From the NCBI GenBank assembly GCA_965216465.1, contig CBDCFW010000006.1, positions 608,001 to 672,000 of the forward strand: a stretch of DNA of 64,000 bases, in the 5' to 3' direction. Of the stretch, positions 58,687-64,000 are shown one piece after another. How positions within the stretch are numbered: position 1 is the first letter of the stretch; each line of letters opens with the position of its first letter. Source of the stretch: Bacteroidia bacterium (lineage in GTDB: Bacteria > Bacteroidota > Bacteroidia > NS11-12g > UBA9320). The translations under genes were made by a program, and so were the position numbers. The notes below the pieces were generated by a model. It saw nothing but the letters and a program-made list of their open reading frames with translations. It was not told where the DNA came from and did no database searches.

Positions 58687-60672
58687 ATGGCAAAAAGACA
58701 CCTCATTACCTGTGCACTTCCATATGCTAATGGACCAGTTCATATTGGACACATCGCAGGATGCTTTCTTCCTTCAGATATCTACAATCGGTATCTACGG
58801 ATGCAAGGAAAGGATGTTCTTTTTGTTTGTGGGACTGATGAACATGGCGTTCCCATCACGCTCAAAGCAAAAAAAGAAGGTAAAACACCTCAACAAGTAG
58901 TCGATGAAAACCACGAAATCATTTCAAAAGCCTTAAAAGACTTTGGAATTAATTTCGATAACTTCAGCAGAACAACGAACAAACTTCACCACGATACGTC
59001 ACAAGAATTCTTTAAGAATTTATACGATAAAGATGTGTTTGTAGAAGAAGTTACACAACAGTTTTACGATGAGGAAGCCAATCAGTTTTTAGCCGATCGC
59101 TATATTGTAGGAACCTGCCCAAATTGCAGCTACGATAATGCTTATGGCGATCAATGCGAAAACTGCGGACGATCAAGCAGTCCACAAGAATTAATTAACC
59201 CACGGTCTGCATTAACAGGAAATATCCCTATTCTTAAAGATACAAAAAACTGGTACCTGCCTTTAGATAAAATTCAAGATGAATTTTTAAACGATTGGGT
59301 TCAGGCTAAAAAAGCAGATTGGAAACCAAGCGTTTGGGGCCAGTGCAACAGTTGGTTAAGTGAAGGATTAAAACCGAGAGCCATGACCCGCGATTTAGAT
59401 TGGGGAGTTCCTGTTCCAGTGGAAGGAGCCGAAGGCAAGGTAATGTATGTGTGGTTTGATGCTCCAATTGGATACATCACATCAACTAAGGAAGCTGTTG
59501 GAAATGAATGGGTTAAGTGGTGGCAGGATGAAGATACTGAGATGACTCACTTCTTAGGCAAAGACAACATTGTATTTCATACCATCATCTTCCCTGCAAT
59601 GCTAAAGGCACATGGAGACTACATTCTACCTACCCATGTTCCAGCTAATGAGTTCTTGAATCTTGAAGGCGACAAACTTTCTACGAGTAGGAATCACGCT
59701 ATCTGGTTGCACGAATATTTAGAAGAGTTTCCAGACAAGACAGATGAAATGCGCTATGTCTTGACCTCTATTCTTCCTGAAACCAAAGATTCAGACTTTA
59801 CCTGGAAAGATTATCAAGCCAAGGTAAATAACGAATTGGTGGCGATATTGGGCAACTTTGTTAATCGGGTTATTGTTTTGACCAACAAGTATTACGATGG
59901 TCAGATTCCAAATGGCACGCTTCAATTGGATACATCAGAAACTCGCTCGAATATCGAAAAGGCCTTAGATCATTTCAATCACCGTCAAGCGTTGGAAGCC
60001 TATATGGAGTTAGCCCGTAGCGGAAACAAATATTTACAAGACACCGAGCCTTGGAAGTTGATTAAAGACGATGCAAACAAGCAACAAGTAGCCGACTGCC
60101 TATTTACTTGCTTAGAAATAGTACATCAACTCGGAAAATATGCTGAAATCTTCTTGCCAGCTACATCATGTAAGATACTCAAATTGTTGAATATTAATTC
60201 TTACAGCGATTTAATTAAAGTTTCACACGAGATAAACAAGCCTGAGTTACTTTTTGAAAAAATAGATGATGCACTAATCGAAAAGCAGGTTGAAAAGCTT
60301 AAAAAAGAACCCGAAAACACATCATCAGTACCTAAACTAGAAAAAGATATGATTCAATACGACGATTTCACGAAGCTCGATATTCGAGTAGCCACCATAA
60401 CTGAAGCAGAAAAGGTAAAAAAAGCAGATCGCTTGCTGAAAATAACCTTAGATGTTGGAGCTGAAACCAGAACAGTAGTTAGTGGAATTGCAGAACACTT
60501 TAGTCCAGAAGAGATTGTAGGCAAACAAGTGACCTATCTTGCAAATCTAGCTCCTCGCAAGCTACGCGGAATTGAAAGTGCTGGAATGATCTTAATGGCA
60601 GAAGATGCTGATGGCTCATTGAAGTTCGTTAGTCCGGGTGAGGCTATTGCTCCTGGGAGTGTGATCGCGTAG
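58687..60672 (+). CDS. metG: Methionine--tRNA ligase
   Basis: LPYANGPVHIGH, zinc knuckle, KLSTS and a C-terminal tRNA-binding OB domain; TACCTTTG promoter at 58672. Confidence 0.98.
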   Translation: MAKRHLITCALPYANGPVHIGHIAGCFLPSDIYNRYLRMQGKDVLFVCGTDEHGVPITLKAKKEGKTPQQVVDENHEIISKALKDFGINFDNFSRTTNKLHHDTSQEFFKNLYDKDVFVEEVTQQFYDEEANQFLADRYIVGTCPNCSYDNAYGDQCENCGRSSSPQELINPRSALTGNIPILKDTKNWYLPLDKIQDEFLNDWVQAKKADWKPSVWGQCNSWLSEGLKPRAMTRDLDWGVPVPVEGAEGKVMYVWFDAPIGYITSTKEAVGNEWVKWWQDEDTEMTHFLGKDNIVFHTIIFPAMLKAHGDYILPTHVPANEFLNLEGDKLSTSRNHAIWLHEYLEEFPDKTDEMRYVLTSILPETKDSDFTWKDYQAKVNNELVAILGNFVNRVIVLTNKYYDGQIPNGTLQLDTSETRSNIEKALDHFNHRQALEAYMELARSGNKYLQDTEPWKLIKDDANKQQVADCLFTCLEIVHQLGKYAEIFLPATSCKILKLLNINSYSDLIKVSHEINKPELLFEKIDDALIEKQVEKLKKEPENTSSVPKLEKDMIQYDDFTKLDIRVATITEAEKVKKADRLLKITLDVGAETRTVVSGIAEHFSPEEIVGKQVTYLANLAPRKLRGIESAGMILMAEDADGSLKFVSPGEAIAPGSVIA

Positions 60673-60761
60673 CTTCTCTTTACTGTTTTAAAGAGGATTA
60701 TCTCCATTATCAAAATTTTCCATATTATTGATAGCGAACTAATCCTTAAACCAATGAGCAA

Positions 60762-61604
60762 ATGAGGTATACCTCAGCATTTCTTGTCCTTACTATCCTC
60801 CTTTCTAGCTGCAGCGTTGTCAAGAAAAATGGATACTACCAATCCAAAAAATACAAACCAAATTACAAAGAGCTTATTTCCAAATCCAAAAAGAGACGAA
60901 CAGAAACAAATCGCAAAACGTCTTCAAAATTGGATGCTATAAGTAATCCAAATATCAAAAGCAAGGAGATCGATTCACTCTTTCTTAAAACTTTTGCTAA
61001 CATCGCTGTTGTGAACCTACCGACTGTAAATGAACAACTTAAATCACAAAAAGAGGTACAAACACAAGCTTCGGCATTTTCCGATATTGAACCCATAAAT
61101 GATGTAGAACTGCATACTCCTTTAAGAAACAAAAGCAATCATGCTGGAAGTGTAGATTGGAAGACCATTGGTCTATATGTGCTGCTACTCATCGCCGCAG
61201 GGCTAGTTTTCTTTGTAATCCATATTGCTGGTTTCCATACACTAAAATTTGTTTTTGCGGGAGTTGCGTTGTTAGCCATTTTACTTCATCTAATATTCTC
61301 TTCAAAGTCAGATAAGCAAAAAGATACCTCAAAAGAAGCATCAACTAAGAATCAAAAACTAGGTAAAACGCTAATGACATTTGCCTTCTTTTTTATACTT
61401 CCAGCTTTTGTATTCACAGCACTAGACATAGCCGGTCTAGGGGCAATTATTGCACTAGGAAGTGTGTTATTTGCCTTGGTCGGAGCGATTTTAACATTTA
61501 ATGCGAATAAAGAAGAGTGGGTCAAGCAAGCTCTCTTGGTGTTTTTGAACATCGTGCTGAATTTAATAGCACTTTTAGCTGGACTAATTGCCGCAGGTTA
61601 CTAA
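60762..61604 (+). CDS. Hypothetical lipoprotein with C-terminal TM segments
   Basis: LSSC lipobox, a basic linker and five hydrophobic segments. Confidence 0.7.
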   Translation: MRYTSAFLVLTILLSSCSVVKKNGYYQSKKYKPNYKELISKSKKRRTETNRKTSSKLDAISNPNIKSKEIDSLFLKTFANIAVVNLPTVNEQLKSQKEVQTQASAFSDIEPINDVELHTPLRNKSNHAGSVDWKTIGLYVLLLIAAGLVFFVIHIAGFHTLKFVFAGVALLAILLHLIFSSKSDKQKDTSKEASTKNQKLGKTLMTFAFFFILPAFVFTALDIAGLGAIIALGSVLFALVGAILTFNANKEEWVKQALLVFLNIVLNLIALLAGLIAAGY

Positions 61605-61634
61605 TTGCTTATAACTAACTGATAATCTACAACT

Positions 61635-64000
61635 TTACTTGACTATCACCAGCTTGCGAACGGCTCTTTGCTGGCCTATTACGATCACCAGCATATAATT
61701 TCCTGCACCATAATTTGTTAAGTTTAAAGCCATCTGGTTAGCTCCAATTTCTTCTTCAAAAACGAATTGGCCAAATGAATTGTAAATTGAAATTCGATCA
61801 ATTATTCTGTCCGAATAAACCACAATTTTATTCTTAGCTGGATTTGGATATAGACTAATTCCGTGCGCTAATTCTTTAACGTTATTTATAACCGCACTTG
61901 TGTCACTAATAAAGATGGTGTCTGATACAGTTCCACAAACGTTTGTGGCCTCCACCCAATACATTCCAGTATCGCTCACAACGATCTTATGACTGGTTTC
62001 TCCGGTATTCCATACATAAGCATAAGACGAATCTACGCTCAACTCAATCTGATCTGGAAGATCGACAATGATATCATTTCCCAAATCAATAATTGGAATA
62101 TCATTTTCTTCAATTATAACTGTATCAGTTGTGGACCCACATTGATTAGTGTAAGCTAAAATATATTCTCCGCCTTCAACAACTTCCAACTCATTTGCTG
62201 TTGTTGTTCCATTCCATCGTGCAGTTGCGTCTGCCTGAGCTTGTAAGGGCCGCAGCGTAATTGTATCTCCCAAACAAAGTGTGGTGTCATCAACCAACAT
62301 AGCAACTGGAATAGTTTTTAATTCAATATTCACACTATCACGTGTTAAACCACATTCATTGAAATACGTCAAAACAAATTCCCCTCCTGTCTTAACTACT
62401 TGTTGACTATCAGGCAAAGCATCCTTCCACCAAGCTGTTGCATCAATTTGAGGGAGTAAGGGTTTAAGTACAATACTGTCTCCATCGCATAGCGTTGTAT
62501 CTCCCCTAAGTTTAGCCGTTGGAACCGTTCTCCAATCGATTGAAATGGTATCATATGCTGACCCACATGAGTTGCTCGCCATCACTGTTATCTGATTCAC
62601 CGAGTGGTAACGGGTCGAAATGGCTGAATCACCATTTGACCACTTTAGATCTGCTAAAAAATTACCATTTGCTGTAACGCTGACTGTATCACCTTCACAA
62701 ACATAGTCTGGCAACGAATCGATGCTGACCCAAGGTGATGGAATTGGTTTTAGTATCTCAAAAACAGAATCGGCTCCACACTGATTGTACGCAATCAAGG
62801 TTACTGGAAGTTCAGTTAATGCAATAAAAAATGAATCGTAATAGGCGGTTTTGTTTATGTACCATACGAATTGCTGTTCAATAGTATCATACTGCTGATA
62901 GTTGCAATAAATCCAATCACAAATACTACTATCAAGAATCATTTTCGCCAGCGGTTCTGGTAAAAAGTCGATGCTAAAACTGTCGGTAATCGCTCCACAT
63001 GAATTGCTGACCGTCATGAAATAGCTTCCAGAATCGGTAAATGATGAACTGTAGGTAGTGTCTCCATTAGACCAATTGTAAGCATATTCTGACAAGTTTG
63101 AATACGCTAACTTAAGCGTATCATCTTCACAAATTTTGTATTCATCATCGAAGATGTCGATTGGAGTTTGTCTCAAAACAATCTCTGCTGAATAAGAATA
63201 TTTGTTCAAGCATGAATCCGTTAATTCAACCTGATAAGTTCCAGATTGAGTGACATCGATTTGGGCAACGGTGTCTCCAGTACTCCATACAATTGATTCC
63301 CAATTTCCAGGAACAGTTAGCCGTGCAAAGTTCACGTTGCAATACACGGAGTCTGGTAAAAATGAAGGTTGTAGAGGTGTGGCAACATCAATGGATATTG
63401 TATCGTAAAACACTGATGGACAGTTATATGGGCTGTTGTTTATTGTTGATTTTATCACAAATAATCCTGTCGTATCCCCAAACAAACTGTCGTTTGAATG
63501 TGCACTCAAGAAGCTGCCTGTGCTATTGAAGTAAAGTCTATCGGAAACCATTAAGTTCCCAGATGTATCAAGCAACTCCATGCGATAAGATGGAGTTCCT
63601 ACCACATTAGAGTCGGCCACCAAACTCAACTCCAGTCCAACTTGTTTAGAGGAACCACAATACAACGGTGCATTAGTAAGTGAACCTGAAGCCTTTGGCT
63701 TCACAAATGACCTAAATACTTGTTTTGAAATCACGTTTACTGGACCGTGTTGATCGTTTGCTACCAAGGTGATAAAGTGATCTCTTTTATCGTAGTTGGG
63801 AAATGTATCAGGCCATTCAATTTTAGCCGTTTTTAAACGAGCTGAAGAATCTGTGATGGTAAATTTAACCCCATTGCTCTCTTGAAATCCATCCCAAGAT
63901 ACATTTAAGGTGTCGTAGACGGCAGAAGGCCCCCCGGGAGGATAAATAAATGCTTGGTCTGATGTTGTAACATTATAACTAAGTGTACTTTGCTCACAAA
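61635..64000 (-). CDS. T9SS type A sorting domain protein with Ig-like repeats; 5' end lies beyond the window
   Basis: Frame is open to 64000; repeated WSNGD...N.CG...D motifs; C-terminal LYPNPA...YNSFGQ...GNY...RKLVI. Confidence 0.88.
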   Translation of the reverse strand, partial: CEQSTLSYNVTTSDQAFIYPPGGPSAVYDTLNVSWDGFQESNGVKFTITDSSARLKTAKIEWPDTFPNYDKRDHFITLVANDQHGPVNVISKQVFRSFVKPKASGSLTNAPLYCGSSKQVGLELSLVADSNVVGTPSYRMELLDTSGNLMVSDRLYFNSTGSFLSAHSNDSLFGDTTGLFVIKSTINNSPYNCPSVFYDTISIDVATPLQPSFLPDSVYCNVNFARLTVPGNWESIVWSTGDTVAQIDVTQSGTYQVELTDSCLNKYSYSAEIVLRQTPIDIFDDEYKICEDDTLKLAYSNLSEYAYNWSNGDTTYSSSFTDSGSYFMTVSNSCGAITDSFSIDFLPEPLAKMILDSSICDWIYCNYQQYDTIEQQFVWYINKTAYYDSFFIALTELPVTLIAYNQCGADSVFEILKPIPSPWVSIDSLPDYVCEGDTVSVTANGNFLADLKWSNGDSAISTRYHSVNQITVMASNSCGSAYDTISIDWRTVPTAKLRGDTTLCDGDSIVLKPLLPQIDATAWWKDALPDSQQVVKTGGEFVLTYFNECGLTRDSVNIELKTIPVAMLVDDTTLCLGDTITLRPLQAQADATARWNGTTTANELEVVEGGEYILAYTNQCGSTTDTVIIEENDIPIIDLGNDIIVDLPDQIELSVDSSYAYVWNTGETSHKIVVSDTGMYWVEATNVCGTVSDTIFISDTSAVINNVKELAHGISLYPNPAKNKIVVYSDRIIDRISIYNSFGQFVFEEEIGANQMALNLTNYGAGNYMLVIVIGQQRAVRKLVIVK

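Noticed and set aside
1603-63529. Numerous 60-130-aa antisense or out-of-frame ORFs in the track
   Set aside because: They overlap well-supported genes and show no recognisable motifs, so they are treated as shadow ORFs
1-64000. CRISPR array or cas genes
   Set aside because: No series of equal-length repeats with unique spacers was seen; the long DNA repeats found are two-copy

Overview
A Bacteroidota chromosomal window, judged from TAnnTTTG promoters, T9SS C-terminal sorting domains and a mevalonate-type HMG-CoA synthase. (1) 1-6.5 kb: a low-oxygen response cluster with a FixL-like heme-PAS kinase, a receiver-Crp/Fnr fusion regulator, two USPs, a rhodanese and a CcoI/FixI-like ATPase; three of its intergenic regions carry 22-bp-spaced FNR-like boxes. 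(2) 6.7-27.7 kb: mostly secreted or surface proteins, including a ~3000-aa four-module beta-helix T9SS protein and an S74-chaperone fibre protein. (3) 28-37 kb: a tightly coupled 8-gene operon (OM barrel, UbiA prenyltransferase, type III PKS, methyltransferase, FAD oxidoreductase, Omp85 barrel, OM barrel, YceI) divergent from HMG-CoA synthase. The operon's promoter and 5' end are duplicated as a 111-bp direct repeat around a small insert. (4) 38.6-53.7 kb: a ~15-kb defence island integrated at the anticodon loop of a tRNA(CAT), with 43-bp att repeats, shared arm-like motifs and no integrase. It carries PD-(D/E)XK and HNH nucleases, a DUF262/DUF1524 pair, an IS3-family element at an apparent deletion junction, a truncated RM-type protein fused to a GreA/B-like domain, a GGCT-like gene, a frameshifted Cap4-like nuclease and a wHTH-DUF488 gene with its partner. 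(5) 53.8-64 kb: housekeeping genes (M1 aminopeptidase, HAD hydrolase, DMT, metG) and a partial T9SS protein. All family calls come from recognising motifs by eye; no database searches were run.
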